DNA of 64,000 nt, taken from NCBI RefSeq assembly GCF_055900595.2, contig NZ_CM148325.1; one strand, 5' to 3'. Positions within the stretch are counted from its first letter, which is position 1. Every line of letters starts with the position of its first letter. Position numbers and translations under genes: made by a program. Shown piece by piece: positions 14,138-26,575 of the stretch. Below the pieces are notes generated by a model. The model did no database searches. It was given only the letters and a program-made list of their open reading frames with translations, and was not told where the DNA came from.

Positions 14138-17100
14138 ATGCCTGAACAATATCGTTATACGCTGCCCGTCAAAGCGGGTGAGCAGCGTCTGCTGGGCGAG
14201 TTAACTGGCGCTGCCTGCGCGACGCTGGTAGCGGAAATTGCCGAACGTCACGCCGGTCCGGTGGTACTTATTGCACCAGATATGCAAAATGCCCTGCGTT
14301 TGCATGATGAAATCAGCCAGTTTACCGATCAGATGGTGATGAATCTGGCGGACTGGGAAACCCTTCCCTACGACAGTTTTTCGCCTCATCAGGACATTAT
14401 CTCCTCACGCCTTTCCACTCTTTACCAGCTACCAACGATGCAGCGTGGCGTACTGATTGTTCCGGTGAATACGCTTATGCAGCGCGTTTGCCCGCACAGT
14501 TTCCTCCACGGCCACGCGCTGATGATGAAAAAAGGTCAGCGGTTATCTCGTGATGCCTTGCGTACGCAACTGGACAGTGCCGGTTATCGCCATGTTGACC
14601 AGGTGATGGAGCACGGCGAATACGCCACGCGCGGCGCGTTGCTGGATCTTTTCCCGATGGGCAGCGACTTGCCTTATCGTCTTGATTTTTTTGATGATGA
14701 AATCGATAGCCTGCGCGTATTTGACGTTGACAGCCAGCGTACGCTGGAAGAAGTAGAAGCGATCAATCTGTTGCCCGCGCACGAATTTCCGACCGATAAA
14801 GCGGCGATTGAACTGTTCCGCAGCCAGTGGCGCGATACCTTCGAAGTGAAGCGCGACCCGGAACATATTTATCAGCAAGTGAGTAAAGGCACATTACCTG
14901 CCGGGATCGAGTACTGGCAGCCGCTATTCTTCAGCGAACCGCTGCCGCCACTGTTCAGTTATTTCCCTGCCAATACGCTATTGGTGAATACTGGCGATCT
15001 GGAAAACAGTGCCGAACGTTTCCAGGCTGACACGCTGGCGCGTTTTGAAAATCGCGGCGTCGATCCGATGCGTCCACTGTTGCCACCACAATCGCTCTGG
15101 CTGCGGGTAGACGAGCTCTTTTCAGAGCTAAAAAACTGGCCGCGTGTGCAGCTAAAAACTGAACATTTACCGACAAAAGCAGCGAATGCCAATTTAGGTT
15201 TCCAGAAGCTGCCAGACCTGGCCGTTCAGGCACAACAAAAAGCGCCGCTGGATGCGCTGCGTAAGTTCCTCGAGTCTTTCGACGGCCCGGTGGTGTTCTC
15301 GGTAGAAAGTGAAGGCCGCCGTGAAGCGCTGAGTGAGTTGCTCGCCCGAATCAAAATCGCCCCACAACGCATTATGCGTCTTGATGAAGCCAGCGACCGC
15401 GGGCGTTATCTGATGATTGGCGCTGCCGAACATGGCTTTATCGATACGGTACGTAATCTGGCGCTGATTTGCGAAAGCGATCTGCTCGGTGAACGTGTTG
15501 CTCGTCGCCGTCAGGACTCACGGCGCGCCATCAATCCTGACACGCTGATCCGTAACCTCGCGGAGCTGCATATTGGTCAGCCGGTGGTCCATCTGGAGCA
15601 CGGCGTCGGTCGCTATGCCGGAATGACCACGCTGGAAGCCGGCGGCATTACCGGCGAGTATTTGATGCTCACCTATGCCAACGACGCCAAATTGTATGTT
15701 CCGGTGTCGTCGCTGCATCTGATTAGCCGTTATGCAGGTGGCGCGGAAGAAAATGCCCCGCTGCATAAACTTGGCGGCGATGCGTGGTCACGCGCGCGGC
15801 AGAAAGCGGCGGAAAAAGTGCGTGATGTGGCGGCAGAATTGCTGGATATCTACGCACAACGCGCCGCCAAAGAGGGCTTCGCGTTTAAACACGACCGTGA
15901 GCAGTATCAGTTGTTCTGCGACAGCTTCCCGTTTGAAACCACGCCGGATCAGGCGCAGGCCATTAATGCGGTGCTTAGTGACATGTGTCAGCCGCTGGCA
16001 ATGGATCGTCTGGTGTGCGGCGATGTTGGCTTTGGGAAAACTGAAGTCGCGATGCGCGCCGCTTTCCTGGCGGTAGATAACCACAAGCAGGTGGCGGTGC
16101 TGGTGCCTACCACCCTTCTCGCGCAGCAGCATTACGACAACTTCCGCGACCGTTTCGCCAACTGGCCAGTACGCATCGAAATGATCTCCCGTTTCCGCAG
16201 CCCCAAAGAGCAGACGCAAATCCTTGCGGAAGTGGCAGAAGGGAAAATCGATATTCTGATCGGTACGCACAAACTGCTGCAAAATGACGTCAAGTTTAAA
16301 GATTTAGGCTTGCTGATTGTCGATGAAGAACACCGCTTCGGGGTGCGTCATAAAGAGCGCATTAAAGCGATGCGGGCGAACGTGGATATTCTGACACTTA
16401 CCGCAACGCCGATCCCACGTACGCTGAATATGGCAATGAGCGGAATGCGCGATCTGTCGATTATTGCCACGCCGCCAGCCCGTCGTCTGGCAGTTAAAAC
16501 CTTTGTTCGTGAGTACGATAGTCTGGTGGTACGGGAGGCGATCCTGCGCGAAATTCTGCGCGGGGGGCAGGTTTATTATCTCTACAATGATGTGGAAAAC
16601 ATTCAGAAAGCCGCCGAACGACTGGCAGAACTGGTACCAGAAGCGCGGATCGCCATCGGTCACGGGCAGATGCGCGAGCGCGAACTGGAACGGGTGATGA
16701 ATGATTTCCATCATCAACGTTTTAACGTGCTGGTTTGTACCACCATTATCGAAACCGGGATCGACATCCCTACCGCCAACACCATTATCATTGAACGCGC
16801 GGATCACTTCGGTCTGGCACAGCTGCACCAGTTGCGCGGTCGCGTCGGACGTTCGCATCATCAGGCATATGCATGGTTGCTGACGCCGCATCCAAAAGCG
16901 ATGACCACCGATGCGCAAAAACGTCTTGAAGCGATTGCCTCGCTGGAAGATCTCGGTGCAGGTTTTGCGCTGGCAACGCACGATCTGGAGATCCGCGGCG
17001 CAGGTGAACTGCTTGGCGAAGAACAAAGCGGCTCAATGGAAACCATCGGTTTCTCGCTGTATATGGAGTTGCTGGAAAACGCCGTCGATGCGCTGAAAGC

Positions 17101-17584
17101 CGGACGCGAGCCATCGCTGGAAGATCTCACCAGTCAGCAAACAGAAGTCGAGCTGCGGATGCCGTCGCTATTGCCAGATGATTTCATTCCTGACGTGAAT
17201 ACGCGTTTGTCGTTCTATAAACGTATTGCCAGCGCCAAAACGGAAAACGAACTGGAAGAGATCAAAGTTGAGCTTATCGATCGCTTCGGCCTGCTGCCGG
17301 ATCCGGCGCGTACCCTGCTGGATATTGCCCGTCTGCGCCAGCAAGCGCAGAAACTGGGGATCAGGAAGCTGGAAGGTAATGAGAAAGGTGGGGTGATCGA
17401 ATTTGCCGAGAAGAATCACGTTAATCCGGCCTGGTTGATTGGTTTGCTGCAAAAACAGCCACAGCATTACCGCCTTGATGGTCCGACGCGCCTGAAGTTT
17501 ATTCAGGATTTGAGCGAGCGGAAAACGCGTATCGAATGGATTCGCCAGTTTATGCGTGAACTGGAAGAGAACGCGATCGCTTAA
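14138..17584 (+). CDS. mfd: Transcription-repair coupling factor Mfd
   Basis: ORF 14075..17584 (TTG at 14075); ATG at 14138 gives MPEQYRYTLPVKAGEQR... 1148 aa; superfamily-2 helicase motifs (GDVGFGKTEVA, LIVDEEHRFG). Confidence 0.96.
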   Translation: MPEQYRYTLPVKAGEQRLLGELTGAACATLVAEIAERHAGPVVLIAPDMQNALRLHDEISQFTDQMVMNLADWETLPYDSFSPHQDIISSRLSTLYQLPTMQRGVLIVPVNTLMQRVCPHSFLHGHALMMKKGQRLSRDALRTQLDSAGYRHVDQVMEHGEYATRGALLDLFPMGSDLPYRLDFFDDEIDSLRVFDVDSQRTLEEVEAINLLPAHEFPTDKAAIELFRSQWRDTFEVKRDPEHIYQQVSKGTLPAGIEYWQPLFFSEPLPPLFSYFPANTLLVNTGDLENSAERFQADTLARFENRGVDPMRPLLPPQSLWLRVDELFSELKNWPRVQLKTEHLPTKAANANLGFQKLPDLAVQAQQKAPLDALRKFLESFDGPVVFSVESEGRREALSELLARIKIAPQRIMRLDEASDRGRYLMIGAAEHGFIDTVRNLALICESDLLGERVARRRQDSRRAINPDTLIRNLAELHIGQPVVHLEHGVGRYAGMTTLEAGGITGEYLMLTYANDAKLYVPVSSLHLISRYAGGAEENAPLHKLGGDAWSRARQKAAEKVRDVAAELLDIYAQRAAKEGFAFKHDREQYQLFCDSFPFETTPDQAQAINAVLSDMCQPLAMDRLVCGDVGFGKTEVAMRAAFLAVDNHKQVAVLVPTTLLAQQHYDNFRDRFANWPVRIEMISRFRSPKEQTQILAEVAEGKIDILIGTHKLLQNDVKFKDLGLLIVDEEHRFGVRHKERIKAMRANVDILTLTATPIPRTLNMAMSGMRDLSIIATPPARRLAVKTFVREYDSLVVREAILREILRGGQVYYLYNDVENIQKAAERLAELVPEARIAIGHGQMRERELERVMNDFHHQRFNVLVCTTIIETGIDIPTANTIIIERADHFGLAQLHQLRGRVGRSHHQAYAWLLTPHPKAMTTDAQKRLEAIASLEDLGAGFALATHDLEIRGAGELLGEEQSGSMETIGFSLYMELLENAVDALKAGREPSLEDLTSQQTEVELRMPSLLPDDFIPDVNTRLSFYKRIASAKTENELEEIKVELIDRFGLLPDPARTLLDIARLRQQAQKLGIRKLEGNEKGGVIEFAEKNHVNPAWLIGLLQKQPQHYRLDGPTRLKFIQDLSERKTRIEWIRQFMRELEENAIA

Positions 17585-17727
17585 TGGTAAATCGGGGGCG
17601 TTTCTGCGCCCCCATATCCAACATTTACAAATTATTTGCACTTCCCTGCACTATCCGACACTGTCACCATCCATAATTCAGGCTTATCTGTTTATTACAA
17701 TAACCTTATATTTATTATGGATTTTTG

Positions 17728-18690
17728 GTGATGATCAAAACGCGTTTTTCTCGCTGGCTAACGTTTTTTACGTTCGCCGCTGCCGTGGCGCTGGCGCTAC
17801 CGGTAAAAGCCAACACCTGGCCGCTGCCGCCAGCAGGCAGTCGTCTGGTTGGCGAAAACAAATTTCATGTGGTGGAAAATGACGGTGGTTCTCTGGAAGC
17901 CATCGCCAAAAAATATAATGTCGGCTTTCTCGCTTTGTTACAGGCTAACCCCGGCGTTGATCCTTACGTGCCGCGCGCGGGTAGCGTGTTAACGATCCCG
18001 TTGCAAACCCTACTTCCAGATGCGCCGCGCGAAGGCATTGTGATCAATATTGCGGAACTGCGTCTCTATTACTACCCGCCGGGTAAAAATTCGGTAACCG
18101 TGTATCCCATCGGCATTGGTCAGTTGGGTGGTGACACGCTGACACCAACAATGGTGACCACCGTTTCTGACAAGCGTGCAAACCCAACCTGGACGCCAAC
18201 GGCAAACATTCGCGCGCGGTATAAGGCACAGGGAATTGAGTTGCCTGCGGTAGTTCCGGCTGGACCGGATAACCCAATGGGCCATCATGCGATTCGTCTG
18301 GCGGCCTATGGCGGTGTTTATTTGCTTCACGGTACGAACGCCGATTTCGGCATTGGCATGCGGGTAAGTTCTGGCTGTATTCGTCTGCGGGATGACGATA
18401 TCAAAACACTCTTTAGCCAGGTCACCCCAGGTACCAAAGTGAATATCATCAACACCCCGATTAAAGTCTCTGCCGAACCAAACGGTGCGCGTCTGGTTGA
18501 AGTACATCAACCGCTGTCAGAGAAGATTGATGACGATCCGCAGCTGCTGCCAATTACACTGAATAGCGCAATGCAATCATTTAAAGATGCAGCGCAAACT
18601 GACGCTGAAGTGATGCAGCATGTGATGGATGTCCGTTCCGGGATGCCGGTGGATGTCCGCCGTCATCAAGTGAGCCCACAAACTTTGTAA
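17728..18690 (+). CDS. ldtC: L,D-transpeptidase LdtC (YcfS) with LysM domain
   Basis: ORF from TTG 17725; consecutive GTG/ATG candidates at 17728/17731; signal peptide, YkuD catalytic motif (HGTNADFGIGMRVSSGCIRL). Confidence 0.92.
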   Translation: MMIKTRFSRWLTFFTFAAAVALALPVKANTWPLPPAGSRLVGENKFHVVENDGGSLEAIAKKYNVGFLALLQANPGVDPYVPRAGSVLTIPLQTLLPDAPREGIVINIAELRLYYYPPGKNSVTVYPIGIGQLGGDTLTPTMVTTVSDKRANPTWTPTANIRARYKAQGIELPAVVPAGPDNPMGHHAIRLAAYGGVYLLHGTNADFGIGMRVSSGCIRLRDDDIKTLFSQVTPGTKVNIINTPIKVSAEPNGARLVEVHQPLSEKIDDDPQLLPITLNSAMQSFKDAAQTDAEVMQHVMDVRSGMPVDVRRHQVSPQTL

Positions 18691-18699
18691 ATCCTGAAT

Positions 18700-18739
18700 A
18701 AAAAAATCCCCGCGACACGGCATGTCGCGGGGAAAAAAA
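18700..18739. terminator. Bidirectional rho-independent terminator between convergent ldtC and bhsA
   Basis: aaaaaaa-tccccgcgacacggcatgtcgcgggg-aaaaaaa: GC stem flanked by A-tracts on both sides. Confidence 0.7.
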
Positions 18740-18772
18740 TCAGCAGTAGCAGGCATTAATGAGGGTTAATGC

Positions 18773-19030
18773 TTATTTATAAATTACTGCTGTTCCATGG
18801 AGGGTATTCGGACCGGTTACAGAAGTAATACGGAAAGATTTCGCGCCCATCTCATCCGCTTTTTGCGCCAGCTGCTCTTCCAGCGATCCCAGATTTGTCC
18901 CCGCGTTAGCACTGATAGTACCGACTTTTTGTTGGCCTTCTGGCGTTGACTGAACTTCGACAGCCGCAAAGCTGGCAAATGACATGGAGCTTAAAATCGC
19001 CGCAGCGATGAGGGTTTTTACGTTTTTCAT
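18773..19030 (-). CDS. bhsA: Stress/biofilm outer-membrane protein BhsA (YcfR), DUF1471
   Basis: 85 aa with signal peptide, MKNVKTLIAAAILSSMSFASFAAVEV... Confidence 0.93.
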   Translation of the reverse strand: MKNVKTLIAAAILSSMSFASFAAVEVQSTPEGQQKVGTISANAGTNLGSLEEQLAQKADEMGAKSFRITSVTGPNTLHGTAVIYK

Positions 19031-19096
19031 AATAGTGGCCTTATGCAGATGAATGACGTCGCAAGCAATTACTTAACGATCGATAACTAAATGATA

Positions 19097-19116
19097 GATG
19101 TGATCTGGATCACATA
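19097..19116. promoter_or_regulatory. Near-consensus CRP-type palindrome (TGTGA-N6-TCACA) in the bhsA-comR divergent promoter region
   Basis: agATGTGATCTGGATCACATac; half-sites 19099-19103 and 19110-19114 match the CRP consensus exactly. Confidence 0.45.
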
Positions 19117-19270
19117 CAAGATATTTTTTATAACAATCATTAATTAATTTAAAAATCTTTAAATTTCAGTTAAATAGAAAGCAATTATTTTTATGGTTTG
19201 TGGACTGGTGAACGGAGGTGATTATTTTTATAATAACCTTTCATTCACAGTCACCAGGTACAACGGCATC

Positions 19271-19903
19271 ATGGCAACTGACTCAACACAATGTGTAAAA
19301 AAAAGCCGTGGCCGCCCAAAAGTGTTCGACAGGGATGCCGCGCTTGATAAGGCCATGAAATTGTTCTGGCAGCACGGTTATGAAGCGACTTCTCTTGCGG
19401 ACCTCGTCGAAGCGACCGGAGCCAAAGCGCCCACGCTATACGCGGAATTTACCAACAAAGAGGGGTTATTCCGCGCCGTACTCGACCGCTATATCGATCG
19501 TTTTGCCGCTAAGCATGAAGCACAGCTGTTTTGTGAAGAGAAAAGCGTGGAGTCTGCGCTGGCTGACTATTTTGCTGCCATCGCCAACTGCTTTACCAGC
19601 AAAGACACCCCGGCTGGCTGCTTTATGATCAACAACTGCACCACCCTCTCCCCGGATTCCGGAGATATCGCCAATACGCTGAAATCACGCCATGCGATGC
19701 AAGAGCGCACTTTGCAGCAGTTTTTATGTCAACGACAAGCGCGCGGGGAAATCCCGACCCACTGTGATGTGACGCATCTGGCTGAATTCCTTAATTGTAT
19801 TATTCAGGGGATGTCGATCAGCGCACGCGAAGGTGCATCGCTGGAAAAACTGATGCAGATTGCCCGAATGACTTTGCGTTTATGGCCCGAACTGGTGAAA
19901 TAA
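19271..19903 (+). CDS. comR: TetR-family transcriptional repressor ComR (YcfQ)
   Basis: ORF 19193..19903; ATG at 19271 gives MATDSTQCVKKSRGRPKVFDRDAALDKAMKLFWQHGYEATSLADLV... 210 aa (TetR HTH). Confidence 0.93.
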   Translation: MATDSTQCVKKSRGRPKVFDRDAALDKAMKLFWQHGYEATSLADLVEATGAKAPTLYAEFTNKEGLFRAVLDRYIDRFAAKHEAQLFCEEKSVESALADYFAAIANCFTSKDTPAGCFMINNCTTLSPDSGDIANTLKSRHAMQERTLQQFLCQRQARGEIPTHCDVTHLAEFLNCIIQGMSISAREGASLEKLMQIARMTLRLWPELVK

Positions 19904-19904
19904 G

Positions 19905-19950
19905 GCGCAAAAAAAAGCCCCTCAGCCTGAGCGAATGGGGGGCTAAATTG
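19905..19950 (-). terminator. Probable rho-independent terminator downstream of ycfJ
   Basis: On the minus strand, stem agcccc...ggggct followed by a run of T (plus-strand aaaaaaaa at 19907-19914). Confidence 0.5.
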
Positions 19951-19965
19951 CAGAATACAGCCTTG

Positions 19966-20505
19966 TTATACTTTGTTATTCAAAATCAGTTGCCCGTTGC
20001 CATCTAACGGGATCTGCGTACCCGGATCGCGGTCCATGCGGATTTTGCCCTGCTGATCGCCAATCTTATAGGTCACATCATAACCGAGCATTTTTTCTGA
20101 CTTGTCATACACCGTTTTACAACGCTGTTGCGTAGTCGTGTAAGTATCGCTTTCCTGGAGAGAGCCCTGGATCTGGTTACCGGCATAGCCACCTCCCAGC
20201 GCCCCCACAACAGTGGCGACATCTTTACCGCGACCACCGCCAAACTGATGCCCTATCACGCCGCCAGCAACAGCGCCGAGCACCGACCCGGTAATGCGAT
20301 TTTCATCCTGCACCGGTCGACGATGGGTCACTGTGACGTTGCGACACTCCTGACGCGGTGTTTTAACCGTTTCCTTGATTGGGGTTGCAGAAACAACCTG
20401 AGCGTATTGCGGGCCACGTTCAAACACGTTCAGACTGGCCACTGCCGCTACGCCCAACGCAGCTGCGACACCAATCCCCATACCCGCCAACATTGATTTA
20501 TTCAC
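19966..20505 (-). CDS. ycfJ: Glycine-zipper (Rick_17kDa_Anti-like) outer-membrane lipoprotein YcfJ
   Basis: ORF 19966..20544 (TTG); GTG at 20505 preceded by aggagg RBS gives (M)NKSMLAGMGIGVAAALG... 179 aa. Confidence 0.9.
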   Translation of the reverse strand: MNKSMLAGMGIGVAAALGVAAVASLNVFERGPQYAQVVSATPIKETVKTPRQECRNVTVTHRRPVQDENRITGSVLGAVAGGVIGHQFGGGRGKDVATVVGALGGGYAGNQIQGSLQESDTYTTTQQRCKTVYDKSEKMLGYDVTYKIGDQQGKIRMDRDPGTQIPLDGNGQLILNNKV

Positions 20506-20629
20506 GGGAACACCTCCTTCTTTGCTGTTATGCCAATCATGCAAGTGAAGGAGAAAAGCAGCTATCAGACAGAAGATGAAAAGCGCGGGAATGGCTGGAA
20601 ATACTTAGGGATTCGGAGGAGTCTGAAGG

Positions 20630-20721
<92 letters not shown>

Positions 20722-20731
20722 TACAAGCCGA

Positions 20732-22036
20732 TTAATGCAACTTCAAACGTGGACGGATAACGCGGTTAATACTCCCCACCAGCATCATTAATCCGGTTTT
20801 AAAGTAACCATGCAGCGCAATCTGATGCATTCTGTATAGCGAGATGTATACAAAGCGCGCAATTCGTCCTTCAATCATCATTGAGCCGCGCGTCAGGTTA
20901 CCCATCAGGCTACCGACGGTGGAGAAGTTCGACAGCGATACCAGAGAACCGTGATCTTTATACTGATAATTTTTCAGCGGCTTACCGTTCATCTGCGCCA
21001 GAATGTTGTTCATTGCGCAGGTTGCCATCTGGTGTGCGGCCTGCGCACGCGGCGGAACAAAGCCCCCTTCCGGACGCGGGCATGACGCGCAGTCGCCAAT
21101 AGCGTATATGTCTGGATCGCGAGTGGTTTGCAGCGTCGGTTCCACCACCAGCTGGTTGATACGGTTGGTTTCAAGACCACCGATATCTTTCAGGAAGTCT
21201 GGCGCTTTGATCCCGGCTGCCCACACCATCAGATCAGCCTCAATATATTCACCATCTTTAGTGTGCAGGCCGCCTTCATCAGCGCTGGTGACCATGGTTT
21301 GCGTCAGCACGCGAACGCCAAGTTTCGTTAACTCATTATGGGCCGCAGCAGAGATACGTGGCGGTAATGCAGGCAAAATACGTTCGCCCGCTTCTACCAG
21401 CGTTACGTTCAGGGCTTCGTTGGTCAGGCCTTTGTAACCATAGCTGTGCAGTTGCTTGACCGCGTTGTGCAATTCTGCGGAGAGTTCTACACCCGTCGCG
21501 CCGCCGCCGACAATCGCAATGTTCACTTTACCATTCGCGCCCAGGTTGGCGGAGTATTTCAGGAACAGATTCAGCATCTCCTGGTGGAAACGACGCGCCT
21601 GATGCGGGTTATCGAGGAAAATGCAGTTCTCTTTGACTCCTGGCGTATTGAAATCGTTAGAGGTGCTGCCCAACGCCATTACCAGGGTGTCATAGGCGAT
21701 TTTACGTTCCGGAACCAGCAGTTCACCTTTCTCGTCGCGCAGTTCTGCAATAGTGATTGTTTTCGCTTCACGATCGATATCAATGACGGAACCCAGCTGG
21801 AACTGGAAACCATGATTGCGCGCATGGGCCAGATAGCTCAACGCATCGACGCCTTCATCAAGCGAGCCAGTCGCCACTTCGTGCAGCAGCGGTTTCCACA
21901 AGTGGCTGTGGTTACGATCGACCAGCGTAATTTTGGCTTTTTTCTTGCGTCCCAGCTTATGTCCCAGCTGTGTCGCCATTTCCAGCCCACCAGCACCGCC
22001 GCCGACAATCACAATTTTTTTCAATGGCGTAGTCAA
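20732..22036 (-). CDS. ndh: NADH dehydrogenase II (NDH-2, non-proton-pumping)
   Basis: ORF 20732..22063; the 434-aa form (M)[16 protein letters not shown]... needs a TTG start at 22036 (gggg RBS-like 8 nt upstream); Rossmann GxGxxG motifs. Confidence 0.93.
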
Positions 22037-22297
22037 CGTGACCCCCTTAAATTTATTAACCAATTGTTAACTAATAGTTATTAATATAGCTCTTAATTAA
22101 CAATAGGTTACAGCAATGAAAATGTTCTTCGTTATTGAGAATAACATGAATGGTGCATTGGTCATACCAAAATTGATGTTAATCAAGTTTTGTTGCTGAA
22201 AAGATAGTCTGATTTACCGGATGAGATCAAAAAATACAGCTTATTGTTTATTATTTAAACGAATTCAGGAGGGTGAGACGTATATGGAGGGCGTTTG

Positions 22298-22435
22298 GTA
22301 GGCCTGATAAGACGCGAGCGGCGTCGCATCAGGCACATTGCCAGTGTCGGATGCGGCGTGAACGCCCTATCCGACCTACAGAATTTACAGAATCTGGAAC
22401 GCATCAGGTATCAGCAAGGTTACCTGATGCGACGA
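22298..22435. repeat. Cluster of REP-like palindromes, ndh-ycfP intergenic
   Basis: gtaggcctgataagacgcgagcggcgtcgcatcaggc, tgtcggatgcggcgtgaacgccctatccgacctac, catcaggta...tacctgatg. Confidence 0.65.
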
Positions 22436-22441
22436 GGGCAT

Positions 22442-22984
22442 TTAACCGAGGGTTTTGAACGCTTTAATGCGCTGCAAATGCGGGGAGATATTCTTGAATT
22501 TGTGCGTCTGCTCTTCGTCCCAGACAATCTCGTAATAATGATGCAACTCTTCAGATGTCCGCTGGCTGTTAAGCGCTTCATCGTTACGCGACAAAATCAC
22601 CAGACAACGATCGCGATTCTTTTCGCGGAAGTTGGTCACACACTTAGTGGCAATATCGGCATACTCTTCCGGGCGATCAATCTTGCCTTCCATGTTCTCA
22701 TAAGGGAACAAATTAGGATTGAAGATCACCTGGCGGATATCGCAAAGAAAACCAATTCGCTCCGCCCAGTATCCGCCCAGACCAACGCCGCATATCAGCG
22801 GACGCTCATCGACGTTTAGTTGCAGCATTTTGTCCACTTCTTTGAGCAGATGCTGCATATCATGTTTCGGATGCCGCGTACTGTAGCTTATCAAGCGTAC
22901 ATCCGGGTCAATAAACTGCAATTGTAAGACTTTCTCGTGGTTACCCGGACTGTTAGAGTCAAAACCGTGTAAATAGATAATCAT
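22442..22984 (-). CDS. ycfP: Alpha/beta-hydrolase (UPF0227) protein YcfP
   Basis: ORF 22442..23041; ATG at 22984 with gaggaag RBS gives [19 protein letters not shown]... 180 aa. Confidence 0.92.
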
Positions 22985-23006
22985 CGCTTCCTCACATAAG
23001 CCAGGG

Positions 23007-24847
<1,841 letters not shown>

Positions 24848-24867
<20 letters not shown>

Positions 24868-25489
24868 CTTTACCTGACCAGATAATTTCGCCCGTCTGCA
24901 CCAGCATCAGCTGCATTTGTAGGGTCGGAGCGTTAACGTTGCCAGAGGCGCTGGAGTACAGCACGTAATGAGCGCCGACATTGCGGGCAATGCCTATGGC
25001 TTTACTACGGGTACCTAAACTGTCCTGCGGCGACAAACCTAACTGTTGCTTCGCCATCGACAGCTGCTGGGCGGAAACCAGGGTAAATTTACCGTTATTA
25101 GCCAGCGCATTTCGCAGCGTTTCGGTCGCTTCTGCGGCATTCAGCGAACCGTTAGTACGGTTGTTAACGCTATCAACCAGAAGGACGCTACCCGCAGTCA
25201 CCCCGTCAGCCCCAAGCATCTTACTGACCATCGGCTGCATTGCGCCATTCCAGTCATAATGGCGAATATGCGGTGCAGGCGGTGCAGTTTGATCTTCGTG
25301 CTCAATTGGGCCTGGCTGCTGCGGGATCGTCGGCACCGAGGGCACTGTGGGGACAGGCTGTTGTGGCTCGGCTGGTTGTTCCGGCGCTGGTTTCACTTCT
25401 TCTACCGGTGCAGGTTCACGTTGCCCCACACACCCGGCGAGAAACATCGCCAGCGCGGTAATCAAGGCGTAGCGACTCATTTTTGTCAT
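24848..25489 (-). CDS. lpoB: Penicillin-binding protein 1B activator lipoprotein LpoB (YcfM)
   Basis: ORF from TTG 25492; ATG 25489 gives [20 protein letters not shown] (lipobox) with Pro-rich linker; 213 aa. Confidence 0.93.
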
Positions 25490-25502
25490 CAAGATTCACC
25501 CC

Positions 25503-25880
25503 TTACAAATATAGATAAAGTCTGACTTTGTGCGCCCCCAGAAAATTGGCGCTGCCGTACAGCGTTACCGCCGAATGTGCGGGAATGGTAACGCTGCGTG
25601 GCCTTTCCAGAGGATGCATCTCCAGCCCTCTGGCGTCATACCAGTAAAAACGATAATGAACGGTAACGGGTTCTTGCCTTTCGTTATAAAGCGTTGAGGA
25701 TGCTGAAGGTTGAATATCAGACGTCGAAAGGACGGGCTTTTCTGCACTGATGCCCGCAGCCAATAAAGATGACTCCATCACCAGCGATTGCTCATCATTC
25801 ACCGGAATTTCCGGATGTGAACGACAGCCCACCAGCAGTAACAACGCCAGAGACACCAGCCCAAAGCATCCTTTTCTCAT
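25503..25880 (-). CDS. ycfL: Lipoprotein YcfL
   Basis: 125 aa, MRKGCFGLVSLALLLLVGC lipobox signal. Confidence 0.9.
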   Translation of the reverse strand: MRKGCFGLVSLALLLLVGCRSHPEIPVNDEQSLVMESSLLAAGISAEKPVLSTSDIQPSASSTLYNERQEPVTVHYRFYWYDARGLEMHPLERPRSVTIPAHSAVTLYGSANFLGAHKVRLYLYL

Positions 25881-25882
25881 CG

Positions 25883-26242
25883 TTACAGACCTTTATGCGC
25901 CAGCATGGGTCCCAGCGGACGGCCACCCAACAAGTGCATATGGATGTGGTAAACCTCTTGTCCGCCATGGCGGTTGGTGTTCATGATCAGACGATAGCCA
26001 TCTTCGGCAATACCTTCTTGCTCAGCAATTTTTGCCGCTACGGTGATCATGCGTCCCAGCGCCTGCTCATGCTCAGCTGACACGTCGTTCACAGTCGGAA
26101 TGAGGATATTCGGAATGATCAGAATATGCGTTGGCGCTTGCGGCGAAATATCGCGAAACGCCGTTACCAGATCATCCTGGTAGACGATATCAGAGGGGAT
26201 CTCACGACGAATAATTTTGCTGAATATAGTTTCTTCTGCCAC
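25883..26242 (-). CDS. hinT: Purine nucleoside phosphoramidase HinT (HIT family)
   Basis: ORF 25883..26260 (TTG); the 119-aa form (M)[15 protein letters not shown]... needs GTG at 26242; HIT motif HIHMHLLGG. Confidence 0.93.
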   Translation of the reverse strand: MAEETIFSKIIRREIPSDIVYQDDLVTAFRDISPQAPTHILIIPNILIPTVNDVSAEHEQALGRMITVAAKIAEQEGIAEDGYRLIMNTNRHGGQEVYHIHMHLLGGRPLGPMLAHKGL

Positions 26243-26439
26243 GACATTTTCCTTTTTCAAATAGCCATGCGTTGCGCCATGCTACGCCGCGCCACACTGC
26301 GAGTATAGAGTATGGTCGAGTTAAACCTGCTCTTTCAACCTTAACTAACGATTTCTTAAGCAAAAAATCGTTTTGCTGCCGTATATATCGCCATTATTCC
26401 CATTTCTGCCTGCGAATGCGCTGAAAAGACTTTCTCTGT

Positions 26440-26500
26440 TTGGTTTACACGTCAAATATGAATGCGTATATTTCTCATTTGCATTTACACACAAAATTAT
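26440..26500 (+). promoter_or_regulatory. Putative fhuE promoter with Fur-box-like AT-rich element
   Basis: aaatatgaatgcgtatatttctcatttgcattt upstream of fhuE resembles the Fur operator; fhuE is iron/Fur regulated in K-12 (established). Confidence 0.35.
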
Positions 26501-26575
26501 TCGCACACTAAATATAACCGCTCATCACCCTCCTCCGGCATGAGCCTGACGACAACATAAACCAAGAGATTTCAA

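Noticed and set aside
16304-17026. 240-aa minus-strand ORF inside mfd
   Set aside because: Antisense to a strongly supported helicase gene; no RBS or family features.
21446-22084. 212-aa plus-strand ORF overlapping ndh
   Set aside because: Antisense to ndh; no supporting features.
22295-22819. 174-aa plus-strand ORF spanning REP elements and the 3' part of ycfP
   Set aside because: Starts within REP palindromes and runs antisense to ycfP; chance ORF.
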